A stretch of DNA of 64,000 nt from Candidatus Bathyarchaeota archaeon (GCA_963733095.1 CAVTBV010000013.1:192001-256000); one strand, 5' to 3'; numbered from the stretch's first letter, positions 49,039 through 59,649 are shown. The notes: generated by a model from the sequence alone, not told the origin. Numbers and translations are program-made.

Positions 49039-50712
49039 CTATAGGTAGGCGTCGATTACATAGCGTCGCATCATTCGGTGGCTGTTAAAGTAATAGGCAA
49101 TTTTGCCAATCGAGTTCTTCATCATCCCAATCCATTCATCGTGCCTGTCATAGAACATTGGAGCAATAACGTATTCTATTTTGTTGTAGATGTCTTCTGC
49201 TTCTTTGGTTACGTAGTCTTGGTCGTCTACGTTTTCAGTTGAGTGGGAACCGATTGCCCAGCCCGTCAGGTTTTCTATCCAGCCTTCAATCCACCAGCCG
49301 TCTAAAACGCTGAAGTTAATGCCTCCGTTGTGGGCAGCTTTCATGCCGCTGGTTCCAGAAGCCTCCATCGGCCTTAGCGGTGTATTGAGCCAAACATCCA
49401 CGCCTCCAACCATCTTGGCAGCAATGTCCATGTTGTAATCTTCCAAATAAACAATTTCAATGTCCCCTTTAAGTTGCCTACCGTAACTGTAGATTTGTTC
49501 TATGAGTCGTTTGCCTCCATCATCACGAGGATGCGCTTTGCCTGCAAATATTGCTTGGAACTTCCCCTTGTGGCTGATTGAGCGTAATCTCTCAAGGTTC
49601 GAGAACAGCAAAGCGGGTCTTTTGTATTCGGTTGCTCTTCTGGCAAAACCAAACGTTAACACATCAGTGCTCAGATTCGCGTTTGACGCTTGGTTCGCGT
49701 AGTCTATTAGCACCTTTTTTTGTTCTTCGTGCGCTTGCCAGATTTCACAATCTGGAATAATGTCAACTTTCGCGAGCAACTCAGGCTCAATTGCCCAGCC
49801 TGCCAAGTACTTGTCAAAGACTTTCCGGTAACTCTTACCCGTCCATGTGAACGAGTGAACTCCGTTGGTTACGGCGTGGATTTTGTAGCCAGCAAACATT
49901 TTACTTGAAATTTCTTGGTGCCGTTTGGCAACGCCGTTAACGTAGTTGCTTAAGTTCAATGCTAAGGAAGTCATGTTTAATCTGTCGTGGCCACCAAATT
50001 CTTTTAACGTAGCAAAATCGGAATTGTCCAGTATTTCTGCAACTAATTCATAATTGAATTTGTCATGTCCAGCTTCTACAGGGGTATGTGTGGTGAAAAC
50101 GCAGAGTTCTCGCACCTTTTCGGCGTCTCCTGCGTGTTTGCGAAGGAGCTCTACTGATAGAAGGCTTGAGTGTCCCTCGTTCATGTGATATTTTCTAACC
50201 TTAAAACCCAAGGAATCAAGCATCCGCACGCCGCCAAAACCCAAAATCGCCTCCTGTTTGAGTCGGTACCTTTCGTTTCCGCCGTAGAGGTAGAAGGTTA
50301 TTTCCCTGTCTTGGGGGGTGTTTGCTTCGCAATATGTATCAAGAAACAGAACAGGAACGGAGCCACCGGTGACGCTTATGTATTTGTAGAGCCATGCCCT
50401 CACTTTAACGGTGCGTCCTTCGATTTGGACGTAGACTTCGTTTGGGAGGAGGGTCATTGTTTTTTCTGGGTTCCATTCTCTTGGCTGTTCGGATTGTCTT
50501 CCGTTTTGGTCGAGTTTTTGTTTAAAATAGTTTCTTTTGCTGATTAGAGTAATGGCGATGAGGGGGAGTTTTAGGTCGGCGCTTGAACGGATGGCGTCTC
50601 CTGCCAATGTGCCTAAGCCGCCAGCGTATGTTGGTATCTCGCTTGTTAAGCCTACTTCCATGGAGAAATAGGCTATTTTCTGTCCTTTCAGTACACCCTC
50701 TAATTCGCTCAT
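49039..50712 (-). CDS. glgP: Alpha-glucan (glycogen) phosphorylase
   Basis: YFSME, GGLG.LAGD, HMNEGH, EASGTSGMK. Confidence 0.93.
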   Translation of the reverse strand: MSELEGVLKGQKIAYFSMEVGLTSEIPTYAGGLGTLAGDAIRSSADLKLPLIAITLISKRNYFKQKLDQNGRQSEQPREWNPEKTMTLLPNEVYVQIEGRTVKVRAWLYKYISVTGGSVPVLFLDTYCEANTPQDREITFYLYGGNERYRLKQEAILGFGGVRMLDSLGFKVRKYHMNEGHSSLLSVELLRKHAGDAEKVRELCVFTTHTPVEAGHDKFNYELVAEILDNSDFATLKEFGGHDRLNMTSLALNLSNYVNGVAKRHQEISSKMFAGYKIHAVTNGVHSFTWTGKSYRKVFDKYLAGWAIEPELLAKVDIIPDCEIWQAHEEQKKVLIDYANQASNANLSTDVLTFGFARRATEYKRPALLFSNLERLRSISHKGKFQAIFAGKAHPRDDGGKRLIEQIYSYGRQLKGDIEIVYLEDYNMDIAAKMVGGVDVWLNTPLRPMEASGTSGMKAAHNGGINFSVLDGWWIEGWIENLTGWAIGSHSTENVDDQDYVTKEAEDIYNKIEYVIAPMFYDRHDEWIGMMKNSIGKIAYYFNSHRMMRRYVIDAYL

Positions 50713-50857
50713 GCTTGTTCCCCCTTACAACTGCTAACGAATCCGCTCACAAAGCAGTGTTAAATCTATCCTTGAACTGGTTTGCCTTTATCTACTTTTC
50801 CATGATCCAATTTTGATCAGTCAGCACTTTTTGAAAAATTAAAAGTTAAAAAATAGT

Positions 50858-52045
50858 TTAGGGTGTTGCTGGAGGGCGTGTTCCCAAGACTACGGTTACA
50901 GGAATCTGGTTGTTTCCCCTAACAACAGTCAAAACTAAGCTATCGCCTGGCAATGTGTTTTGTTCTAAGTAGCTTGCTAAGTTTTCGTTGTTTTTGATGG
51001 TTTGCTGGTTTGTTAAGGTTCCCTTTGGTCCTTGGAGTCCCATTGCGATTATGATGTCGCCGACTTGCAGTTTACCTGCTGAGGGTCCGTTGGGAGTTAT
51101 CGAGGATAGTCTCCAGCCGTAAGTGACACTTGCGCCTATATTTTGGGCTGTTGTGTAATCCATGTCTGTTCCTACAACTCCTAGATAGGAGTGTCCTTTG
51201 TAGCAGCCCGTGCTGATTAAGTCTGAGACTTCTCTTAGAATGGTGTCTGAGGGGATGGCAAAGCCTAAGCCTTGAGAGTCAGTAACTATAGCTGTTGTTA
51301 TGCCTACGACGTTTCCAACTGCATTAAGCAGAGGACCGCCTGAGTTTCCGGGGTTTATGGGTGTGCTGGTTTGGATGATGTTGGCAATTGAATATGCTCC
51401 AGCTGTATCCTCAGTTATTGTTCGTCCAGTAGCACTTACAACACCTGTCGTTAATGAACCAACGAGTCCATAGGGGTTTCCTATAGCTATGACTGGTTCA
51501 CCTACACTCAATTGTGATGAGCTCACGATTGTTAAGGGTTTAAACTCTGAAGCAGGCGCATTAGAGGAAACAGATACAACCGCTAAATCAGAGTACGGGT
51601 CGGTTCCAAGCACAGAAGCTGAGTAGCCATTTCCATCAGAAAATGTTACGCTTAAATTGGTTGTGCCATCGACGACATGGAAATTGGTTAACACCACGGT
51701 GCGGTCAGCGAACGTGTAGACAAACCCTGAGCCCTGCACGTTTGAGTCACTGGTGTCTCCCTGAACTAAAACAACTGAAGATTGCACATTGGCATAAATG
51801 TCCTCGAGTGAGGTTCCGTTTTGCAGGATGGTGATGTTTTGGGTAGTTGCGTTTTGGAATCCTCTGAGGTCTGAAACTTGACTTTGCAGGTCAGAAATTT
51901 GGCTATTCAGATTCGTTGTGGACGGATAGGTAACAAGGAAAATCAGCAGTCCCCCAACGAGTAATCCTGAAACGAAAAGCAAAATTAGGATAACTGCCGA
52001 GACTTTATGGGTTGTGCTGGGTGGGTTTGGTGGGGGTGGATACAT
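50858..52045 (-). CDS. Membrane-anchored HtrA-like serine protease with PDZ domain
   Basis: TNFHVV, DLAV, GNSGGPL, C-terminal PDZ. Confidence 0.92.
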   Translation of the reverse strand: MYPPPPNPPSTTHKVSAVILILLFVSGLLVGGLLIFLVTYPSTTNLNSQISDLQSQVSDLRGFQNATTQNITILQNGTSLEDIYANVQSSVVLVQGDTSDSNVQGSGFVYTFADRTVVLTNFHVVDGTTNLSVTFSDGNGYSASVLGTDPYSDLAVVSVSSNAPASEFKPLTIVSSSQLSVGEPVIAIGNPYGLVGSLTTGVVSATGRTITEDTAGAYSIANIIQTSTPINPGNSGGPLLNAVGNVVGITTAIVTDSQGLGFAIPSDTILREVSDLISTGCYKGHSYLGVVGTDMDYTTAQNIGASVTYGWRLSSITPNGPSAGKLQVGDIIIAMGLQGPKGTLTNQQTIKNNENLASYLEQNTLPGDSLVLTVVRGNNQIPVTVVLGTRPPATP

Positions 52046-52095
52046 CAGATTCGCCTTAAAAAAGAAGTGCTGCTTGTGGAAATAAAAGTTTGCTT

Positions 52096-53097
52096 TTAGC
52101 GGCGGTCGATAAGATCCAAGGCTTCAGGCCCTGTTCCGATAAATGTGACGGGTACGCCTGTTCGCGTTTCTACCTCTTGTATGAAGTCTTTGGCGTCCTT
52201 TGATAGGTCCTCGTATTTTCTTGCTCCCTTGCAAGATGGGTAGATTACGTCGAGTTTTGTCATAGCAGACATGGTTGCTCCATTAATCTTGGCTGTTTTT
52301 TTTGCTAAGTCAAAATCAAAGGGTGCACTTCGCCGGTCGCGTCCCGTTCCAGCGGCCACCTCGAACCACCCGCGTTTTAGTGCTTCTTCTTTGGTAATTT
52401 CCCCTGGCAAAGGTCCAGCACCCACCCGAGTCATGAACGACTTGTAAACTATAATTACCTCATCTACACGTGTCGGTCCAACACCTGCTTCTGAGGCAAT
52501 GGCTGATGCACCTGTATCTCTGCTAGTCACATATGGGTAGCCGCCTCCTAAAAATAGTGACAGCATGAAACCTTGAGTGCCTTCAAGCAAAACACTTTTG
52601 CCTGCATCCAAGCCATCATTAATTTCCATTGTTCCGTCTGTAACATAGGGTTTAAGTTCAGGAATGTCCCTTGCAAGTTTGGCGGTGCGCCTAACGCGCT
52701 CTTCAAGAGCTGGCCCAACGCCTCTGCCCGTGGTTCCAATTCCTTTGTTGATTGCGCTTGCCTTGTCTTGTTCTGCGTGTTTCTGTTCAATTATAGATGC
52801 GTTTTGGTCTATTCCCATCCTTTTTTGGTCAACTTGGGTGAGTGCTACTTCGTCGAAGAATGTTTTAACATCGACGTTTGCGCCCGCAGCGATGAGAAGA
52901 CGCGTTTTAGGGTTAATGAAGGCGGCAGGAACCATATGTAAGGCGTATTTTTTGCCTTCAAACCAAACTGTATGAGCGGCGTTCACTGAGCCAGTTCGGA
53001 CACAGAAATCAAGGTTGTCTTTTAGCGCTAAATAAGAAATAATTTTTCCTTTGCCTTCGTCTCCCCAGAAGGCACCAACGATTACTGAGCAAGGCAT
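52096..53097 (-). CDS. purA: Adenylosuccinate synthetase (short archaeal type)
   Basis: WGDEGKGK, GTTGRGVGP, EGTQG, YPYVTS, TRVGAGP. Confidence 0.96.
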   Translation of the reverse strand: MPCSVIVGAFWGDEGKGKIISYLALKDNLDFCVRTGSVNAAHTVWFEGKKYALHMVPAAFINPKTRLLIAAGANVDVKTFFDEVALTQVDQKRMGIDQNASIIEQKHAEQDKASAINKGIGTTGRGVGPALEERVRRTAKLARDIPELKPYVTDGTMEINDGLDAGKSVLLEGTQGFMLSLFLGGGYPYVTSRDTGASAIASEAGVGPTRVDEVIIVYKSFMTRVGAGPLPGEITKEEALKRGWFEVAAGTGRDRRSAPFDFDLAKKTAKINGATMSAMTKLDVIYPSCKGARKYEDLSKDAKDFIQEVETRTGVPVTFIGTGPEALDLIDRR

Positions 53098-53429
53098 AAC
53101 TTTTCACCTCTGCTAAGTCAGTTTAAGACTTATTTAAAGTTGTAGTGAAATTCTGGGATTTATTCTTTGGAGGTTTTTTTGTCTTCGTTTATTAGCTTTG
53201 CTAAAAAGTAAGTGATGTAAGCTGAGAAGCTGTGTATTCCTTTTTTATGGAATAATCATCTTTGACTTTAAGCCATTCGTTAAAAAAGTAGTCGTAAACC
53301 TCGGACTTGTCAGTGATACTTTTATAACCTTTTTTCGGCGTTTGTGTTTCCCTCTCTTCAATCGTAGTAACCGAACGTACATTTATTTAAGGTTTAAGAG
53401 TGTTAGCGTTAATTTACCGTTAATTATTT

Positions 53430-53612
53430 ATGCCTGAGTACTGTAAAGTACGGAAGGAGATGGGTCTTTTGCCACGAAAAGGATACAAATGCATAACGGT
53501 TACCGACGAACTTCACGAAGCCATTAAAAAAAGATCAAACGAAACAAACCGGACAATGAAGGAATATATAGAATACTTAGTGGCACACGAAAAAGCTAAC
53601 AAAGGAAAGTAA
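53430..53612 (+). CDS. Small ribbon-helix-helix-like DNA-binding protein
   Basis: PRKGYKCITVTDELHEAIKKR...MKEYIEYL; the true start is probably a few codons in. Confidence 0.6.
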   Translation: MPEYCKVRKEMGLLPRKGYKCITVTDELHEAIKKRSNETNRTMKEYIEYLVAHEKANKGK

Positions 53613-53790
53613 CTTTTTGCCATTAAAGGTCTTCAAGACAATCAACGCCTAGCTGAAGTCCAGTTTATTTGCGATTCATGTGGCAAACTGGTAAGGACAA
53701 GTTGGTTCCAAAAAAAGATGACGAACATCAAAAAAGAATAGCTGTTATATATTGGCAATGCAAACAAGCCGACTCGGCAAACAAAAGTAT

Positions 53791-54189
53791 CTACGAAATC
53801 CTCTCTAAGGCTTCAGAATCAATTCTTTCCAGAAGCTTAATGACTTTTTTGCCTTTGACATTTTTTTCTTCTTGAGTTATCGTATTTCTTGATTGACAAA
53901 TATCATCCAGAATTATCCCTGTATCTTCATCCAATATAACTGGGTACACTCTGCAACCAGATGGTCTATCAGCATAAACCCCGCACTGACGATTTTTGAG
54001 GTCGTAAAAGACGCAGTAGCCCTCACGATTTTTAAGCACTGCGTAGCCTTGTTTGTCGAAGTTAACGAATTGGTTTTGGCTGAAACCCTTCTTTTCCAAG
54101 CGTTTAATGTCTTTTTTGGAGAGCAGCATTTCTGTTTCTGTGCAGCAGACTCCGCAGTTTGAGCAGCGCATAAAATTGATGAATGCCAT
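53791..54189 (-). CDS. YkgJ family cysteine-cluster protein
   Basis: CSNCGVCC, CVFY, CGVYADRPSGCRVYP. Confidence 0.9.
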   Translation of the reverse strand: MAFINFMRCSNCGVCCTETEMLLSKKDIKRLEKKGFSQNQFVNFDKQGYAVLKNREGYCVFYDLKNRQCGVYADRPSGCRVYPVILDEDTGIILDDICQSRNTITQEEKNVKGKKVIKLLERIDSEALERIS

Positions 54190-54225
54190 GGCGGGTATTT
54201 GTGTTTTTATCCAGTAATTTTGGTT

Positions 54226-54465
54226 TTAGGCGGGATTTTTCATAAAGTTAATGTTAAGCATCTCAGCCCATGCAACGTTTTTGAGCGGTACGCGTGTAGC
54301 TTTACGGTTGTTTGATGGAGAATACTCAATTAGGTTGTTGTTTTTTCCTACGCCTCGATGAATTTTCGTAAGTTGCACATTTACTATAACTGCGCCATCT
54401 TTTAGGTGCAGGTTAACGTTTCTTCCAATGAACGATCTTGCACTGTTAGCGCTGAAGCTTTCCAT
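54226..54465 (-). CDS. Small Sm/Hfq-like fold protein
   Basis: FIGRNVNLHLKDGAVIVNV resembles an Sm1 motif. Confidence 0.6.
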   Translation of the reverse strand: MESFSANSARSFIGRNVNLHLKDGAVIVNVQLTKIHRGVGKNNNLIEYSPSNNRKATRVPLKNVAWAEMLNINFMKNPA

Positions 54466-54468
54466 TTT

Positions 54469-54606
54469 TTACCATTCCTCTTCTTGGTTGGCGATTTTGA
54501 TCCAGCATTGTTGACATATGGGTAGGTTTTCGCCTTTTACTTGGATGTAGAGTTTGATGTTTTCGCTTGTGCAGGTGTCTTTCCAAGGATTTTTACAATG
54601 TTCCAT
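54469..54606 (-). CDS. 45-aa zinc-finger microprotein (below the ORF-track cutoff)
   Basis: MEHCKNPWKDTC...PICQQCW...EEEW; SD GAGG upstream; ends 3 bp before the next ATG. Confidence 0.7.
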   Translation of the reverse strand: MEHCKNPWKDTCTSENIKLYIQVKGENLPICQQCWIKIANQEEEW

Positions 54607-54730
54607 TCTTTTTGCCTCATGCTCTCTGTTGGTGTTCTTTGCTTTTAAAGCGGTCGAAGAAACATAAGTTTGGTTCTGGAGAGGGGTGAGTGAAAGTGAA
54701 GCTTTATAGTCTTATTCTTGAATTATAGCA

Positions 54731-55192
54731 ATGGCGTCAATGAGTCTCTTAAACAACCCTGTTGCACTTACAATCACAGTCAGTTTAGTGATTCAAATAA
54801 TTGTCTTATTTTTGCTCGTTTACGGTTACTATTTGATGAAAAAACTAAAGTTTAGAAACCACGGAATAACGATGGCTACAGCCGTTATTCTACATCTCTC
54901 CATGGTTCTTTATGTGATGATTCCTTCTTTTGTACTGGCAGTTGTTCCTGAATATATTGTTTCAGCTCCTTTGGCATTGCCTTCTGTTGTAGGACTAATT
55001 CACGGAATCCTTGGAAGCGTAGCATTATCAATTGGTGTTTGGATAGTTGCTTCTTGGCGATTCCAAAAGAACCTTAAAGGATGCTTTAACAGGAAAAAAA
55101 ACATGCTAATAACCCTCATTGTTTGGGGCTTTTCTTTAGTCTTCGGAATCATTCTTTATGCAATATTTATCGGACCTCTTTTGAAGAGTTAA
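54731..55192 (+). CDS. Four-TM membrane protein (DUF420-like)
   Basis: Four TMs with His residues in HG.TM and IHGILG. Confidence 0.7.
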   Translation: MASMSLLNNPVALTITVSLVIQIIVLFLLVYGYYLMKKLKFRNHGITMATAVILHLSMVLYVMIPSFVLAVVPEYIVSAPLALPSVVGLIHGILGSVALSIGVWIVASWRFQKNLKGCFNRKKNMLITLIVWGFSLVFGIILYAIFIGPLLKS

Positions 55193-55731
55193 AAGTCGAT
55201 TATTTCCGGAGCTATGATTTCCCTGCTGATTTTTAGCAATCCCACTGAAGGCTTATTCATAGGGGACGACGGGTCTGTTGCGCTCCCCGGATTAATGTAA
55301 AGGATTCTTCCTTCCCACTTAATGTCCGGAACATGTGTATGCCCATAAACAAAAACGTCAAACCCATTCTTCTCTGCAACCTCATTAGGCTTATTTAATC
55401 CTAAGAAAAAGCTCGGGTCATGCGTAACGCCAATTTTCCAATTGAAAACTTTTAGTGAGTTAATTTTGGGAAGCGCATTAGCAGCTTCTAAACTATCCAT
55501 ATTGCCATGAACCGCTAGAACTGGCGCAATCTGCTCCAACTCATCCACCACTGATAGATCCACCAAGTCGCCTGCGTGTATGATGTATTCTACTTTTTCA
55601 AAGATTTCGAAAACTTTTTTAGGAATACATTGGGCTCTTTTTGGGATGTGCGTGTCAGAGATTAGGCCGACGGTTTTGGTGACCACAAAGTTTGGGGGGT
55701 CTTTATTTATTAGTGCTTGTCCACTGAACAT
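55189..55731 (-). CDS. YfcE/Vps29-like metallophosphoesterase
   Basis: ISDTH, HAGD, GNMD, GHTH, NPGS. Confidence 0.92.
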   Translation of the reverse strand: MFSGQALINKDPPNFVVTKTVGLISDTHIPKRAQCIPKKVFEIFEKVEYIIHAGDLVDLSVVDELEQIAPVLAVHGNMDSLEAANALPKINSLKVFNWKIGVTHDPSFFLGLNKPNEVAEKNGFDVFVYGHTHVPDIKWEGRILYINPGSATDPSSPMNKPSVGLLKISREIIAPEIIDF

Positions 55732-55824
55732 TTTTTAGGTTGCCTCTTAAGCAGGCGGATCTTAGGAATACTATGATGTTTAGCAATAAAAATTAGACTG
55801 TTTAAAAAGAAAAAATGTGGGCGG

Positions 55825-57183
55825 TTAAGTCATGAATCTCTTTACTGCCTCGTAGAAGATGCTTGTTCCAAAAACAAGGTTCTCCACAGTTATGCGTTCA
55901 TCAATGCCATGCATACGTTTTTCCAGAAGGTCATTGGGTTCGTCGGGGCGCATCGGGTGAAAACCGTAGCATACACTGCCCGTTTCTCTAAAAAAGCGTG
56001 AATCAGTTCCGCCTGTCGTTAATGTTGGTGTTATACCGCAGTTGGGCTCGAACTCTCTTAAAACATCTGTGATTGCGTTATAGAGTGGGGTTTGAGTAGT
56101 TGACTCGTTACCGTTATGCATTTGGATGATTTCAAAGCTCAACTTGTCGGTACCTACATCTTGCAGCAAACCCTTGATTAGATTGAGCGTTGCTTCGACG
56201 CTTTGTCCGGGCAAAACACGGCAGTCGAAAACGGCTTCACACTCCGAAGGTATGATGTTTTCTTTTACTCCTCCGTGAATTATGGTTGGGGTGATGGTTG
56301 CTTTGGTTCGGGGTCTGATTTCTTCGGCTAATGCCTTGTCTATTTTGGCTAGTTCGTCGAGGATCTGTTCGCTCTGTTTAGGGTTCGCGAGTAGGCATGA
56401 AAACTGCGGTTCAAGGTCAGGGTTGATTTTAGCTATCTCGGTTAAGTACCGTTTAAGAGTTGGTACATAGACCGTTTCTGGCTGGTATTCTTCCAGTTTA
56501 GTTATGACTTTGTTCATGCGTAAAATGGCGTTGTCAGCCATGTTTGGGGTGGAGCCGTGTCCCGGGCTTCCTTTGGCTTTTATTTTGAACCACAGGATGC
56601 CTTTTTCTGCAGTTTGTATGGGGTAGATATTGCCTTTTTTCTGTGGAATCGCTAATCCTCCGCCCTCATTTAAGACGTAGGGACACCAAACCTTCTCTTT
56701 ATAGTTCCTCAATAGGTAGCCTGCGCCTTCTTCGCCGCCTTTTTCCTCATCAGCGGTGGCCGCTAGAACGATGTCGCCTTTAAGTGGGACGTTGTTTCTT
56801 TTGAGGAGCAAGAGAGTTAGAACTTCGACGGCGGTCATGCCTTTCATGTCGTAGGCGCCTCTGCCGTAGACATAGCCGTCTTTTACTGTGCCAGCAAATG
56901 GGTCAATGCTCCATTCAGATGGGTTTGCAGCTACAACATCGATGTGGGAGAGTAAGAGTACGTTGGGTTTTTCTCCTGAGCCCTTGAGCCGAGTGATTAT
57001 GCTGCCCCTGCCGGGAGCTGATTCTATAACTTCTGTTTTAAACCCTTCCTTTGCTAGGTAATTGGCGATAAAGTTGGCTGCTGCCGTCTCGTTACCTGGG
57101 GGATTGGTTGTGTTTATTCGTATTAAATCGCTAAGGAAACGTGTAATTTCCTCTTCAATCTCTTTTAGCATTTGGATCGGCAT
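55825..57183 (-). CDS. M20 family metallopeptidase/deacylase
   Basis: SHIDVV, GRGAYDMKG, DEE, GHGS, TDSRF, HGIDE. Confidence 0.93.
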   Translation of the reverse strand: MPIQMLKEIEEEITRFLSDLIRINTTNPPGNETAAANFIANYLAKEGFKTEVIESAPGRGSIITRLKGSGEKPNVLLLSHIDVVAANPSEWSIDPFAGTVKDGYVYGRGAYDMKGMTAVEVLTLLLLKRNNVPLKGDIVLAATADEEKGGEEGAGYLLRNYKEKVWCPYVLNEGGGLAIPQKKGNIYPIQTAEKGILWFKIKAKGSPGHGSTPNMADNAILRMNKVITKLEEYQPETVYVPTLKRYLTEIAKINPDLEPQFSCLLANPKQSEQILDELAKIDKALAEEIRPRTKATITPTIIHGGVKENIIPSECEAVFDCRVLPGQSVEATLNLIKGLLQDVGTDKLSFEIIQMHNGNESTTQTPLYNAITDVLREFEPNCGITPTLTTGGTDSRFFRETGSVCYGFHPMRPDEPNDLLEKRMHGIDERITVENLVFGTSIFYEAVKRFMT

Positions 57184-57344
57184 TTTTTGGAGGCTCCTGC
57201 ATGCTTAGGGGTGTTTTTTCTCTTAAGAGTATCTGTTGCTGTGTCCCTGTTGTGGTGGGAGGGTTTTATGGTTATTCAACAATGATGTTTATATATGATG
57301 TCAAAAAATGCTATGGATAGCAAAAATCGTTTAAGTTGATCGTA

Positions 57345-57857
57345 ATGAAAGAGCTAAAACCAATAGACTACAAAATTCTCTTTGAGCTTATGAAGGACTC
57401 ACATCGAAGCGACAGACAACTTGCAAAAGCCTTAGGCGTCTCACAGCCAACAGTAACCCGCAGACGAGCTATGCTGGAAGAAAACTATATCGAAGGGTAC
57501 ACTGTAATTCCTAAATTTGGCCAAATCGGGTTTGAGATTGCAGCTATAACCTTTTTGAAGAGCAAACTAAAGTATGCAACAGGCCACGAGAAAACTCAGG
57601 CATTACAGAAAATGAAGGAATGGTATATGAAGCAAACCAACGTGATTCTAGCTTTAGATGGTAGAGGTATGGGTTGGGATACAGTTTGCATTTCGCTTCA
57701 TGAAAACTTTGAGAACTTCGCCGGGTTTATTCGGGCTCTTGATTCAGAAATGTCCGATTGGGTGGTTGAAAGCCAAACTTTCAACGCTGACTTGAAGGGC
57801 GGCATCGTCATTAAGCCATTCCACCTCAAGTACCTTGCCTCTGCAAAACAGCAGTAG
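57345..57857 (+). CDS. Lrp/AsnC family transcriptional regulator
   Basis: D.KIL.EL..D...S.RQLAKALGVSQPTV.RR HTH. Confidence 0.88.
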   Translation: MKELKPIDYKILFELMKDSHRSDRQLAKALGVSQPTVTRRRAMLEENYIEGYTVIPKFGQIGFEIAAITFLKSKLKYATGHEKTQALQKMKEWYMKQTNVILALDGRGMGWDTVCISLHENFENFAGFIRALDSEMSDWVVESQTFNADLKGGIVIKPFHLKYLASAKQQ

Positions 57858-58248
57858 ATAACCCAAAAAATTTTATTTTTTTTTACATCCTAATCTTTTT
57901 TGAAAGAAATTCTTACAGCTGTATCTTCGTAAAATTGATGTGTGAAAGGTTAAAGGCACCTTATTTTCGGCTAATCTTCTTTAGCAATTTTTTTGGGCGC
58001 TTTAGCTTTTTTTGTCCTAGTTGCGTTAGCAGTCAAACAATTCAACATGACGTCACTAAGGATATGTGGTCCAGACATATGGTGCTGGGGGTTTCTTGAA
58101 AAAAGTTTCATTCTAATGGGTACTTGACAAAGGTTAGTCGCCCATTTCATTGTTTTCAAAGGTTCAAAGCCAAAACCCAAAGGTAAAAACATATATCTGA
58201 TAACTTTCCCTTCTTACTTTTCACGTTTAACCCCGAACAGGCGAAAAC

Positions 58249-59160
58249 ATGGCTTTATCGGACAAAATCCTAAAACTCAAGAAAGAAAAAAAAGCCGTCA
58301 TACTGGCACATAACTATCAGCGACCAGAAATCCAAGACATAGCCGACTACGTCGGCGACAGCATAGAGCTTAGTCGAAAAGCAGTTGAGGAAAAAGAAGC
58401 TGAAATAATCGTTTTTTCGGCGGTGGATTTTATGGCAGAATCCGCGTCGATTTTGAACCCCAACAAAAAGGTGCTTTTGCCCTGTTTAGGTGCGCGTTGC
58501 CCGATGGCGCAGATGCTAACAGTTGACGAGATTAAACGCGCAAAAAAGCAGTACCCCGGTGCACCTGTGGTCCTCTATGTTAATACTTTGGCTTCCTGCA
58601 AAGCTGAATGCGATGTTTGCTGCACAAGCGCCAACGCCGTGGAAGTTATAAAATCACTCGACGCTGACACTATCCTGTTTGGTCCCGACAAAAATCTGGC
58701 AGAATACGTCAGCGAAAAAACAGGCAAAAAACTAATCTCGATTCCCTCAAACGGTTTCTGCCCAACCCACCTATTATTCCAGCCAGAAGACATCAAAGTC
58801 CTAAAGATGCAGAATCCAAATGCCTTAGCTATGGCTCATCCTGAATGCAGCTCCGAAATGCGCAAAGCCGCAGACTTCATCGGCAGCACCTCAAAAATGT
58901 GCCGCTTCGCCAAAGAATCCTCGGCCAAAGACTTCATCGTTGGGACCGAAGAAGGTATTCTGCATCGCTTGCGCAAAGAGAACCCGGAGAAAAACTTTTA
59001 CCTCGCCTACGAAGGCGCAATATGTCCAAACATGAAGCTAACAACGCTTGACAGACTCTATACTGCGCTAAAAGAAGAAAAGAACGTGGTTCAGGTTCCG
59101 GAAGCGGTCGCCAAAAGAGCCCGTGCTTCGTTGGAACGTATGTTTGAAGTGAAGAGTTAA
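58249..59160 (+). CDS. nadA: Quinolinate synthase
   Basis: ILAHNYQ, GDS, FMAE, CPMA, YVNT, HPEC, CPNMK. Confidence 0.95.
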   Translation: MALSDKILKLKKEKKAVILAHNYQRPEIQDIADYVGDSIELSRKAVEEKEAEIIVFSAVDFMAESASILNPNKKVLLPCLGARCPMAQMLTVDEIKRAKKQYPGAPVVLYVNTLASCKAECDVCCTSANAVEVIKSLDADTILFGPDKNLAEYVSEKTGKKLISIPSNGFCPTHLLFQPEDIKVLKMQNPNALAMAHPECSSEMRKAADFIGSTSKMCRFAKESSAKDFIVGTEEGILHRLRKENPEKNFYLAYEGAICPNMKLTTLDRLYTALKEEKNVVQVPEAVAKRARASLERMFEVKS

Positions 59161-59564
59161 ACTGAGACTATCATTGACTTGAGGATTTTTACGCCTCTTC
59201 TTGTGGCTAAATGGTCGCTTAGGTGCCTGATTTCTGATCCCTTACCTTTTACTGCTATGACTTCGAGACAGTCGTGTTCACCTAGGTGTATGTGCATGGT
59301 TGAGGAAATGAGTTCGGTATGGTGGTGTTGTTCTTCTGTTAAGTCACTTTCTAAGCCTTTTGTATCGTGGTTATAAACCATCAGTAGGACGCCTGTTTGT
59401 TGGGCGTCTGCTTCTTTGACCCATTTGCGTTCGGAAACGTAGAGTCTTACCGCGTCTTGTATTGCTTTGCTGCGGCTTTCGTAGCCCATTTTGGCGGTGA
59501 TTTCGTCGAAGTCTTTGAGGAGTTCGGGTGGGAAGGTTACGCCTATTCGTGTTACCTTTGACAT
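59157..59564 (-). CDS. nikR: Nickel-responsive regulator NikR
   Basis: RIGVT RHH strand, GY.SRSKAI.DA, HIHL..HDCLEV. Confidence 0.93.
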   Translation of the reverse strand: MSKVTRIGVTFPPELLKDFDEITAKMGYESRSKAIQDAVRLYVSERKWVKEADAQQTGVLLMVYNHDTKGLESDLTEEQHHHTELISSTMHIHLGEHDCLEVIAVKGKGSEIRHLSDHLATRRGVKILKSMIVSV

Positions 59565-59617
59565 TGGTTATCCCATGTAGAATGCGTTTGTTGTGCCTAA
59601 AAGCTTTTATATGCACG

Positions 59618-59645
59618 GTAACACGTTTTTGTTGAAAGGTGTTAC
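59618..59645. promoter_or_regulatory. Putative NikR operator
   Basis: GTAACAC-N14-GTGTTAC (GTAACA-N16-TGTTAC) between TATA-like TTTATAT (59606-59612) and the permease start. Confidence 0.75.
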
Positions 59646-59649
59646 TGGC

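Noticed and set aside
57971-58192. 73-aa minus-strand ORF between lrp and nadA
   Set aside because: No recognisable motif or convincing start context; may be spurious or a remnant
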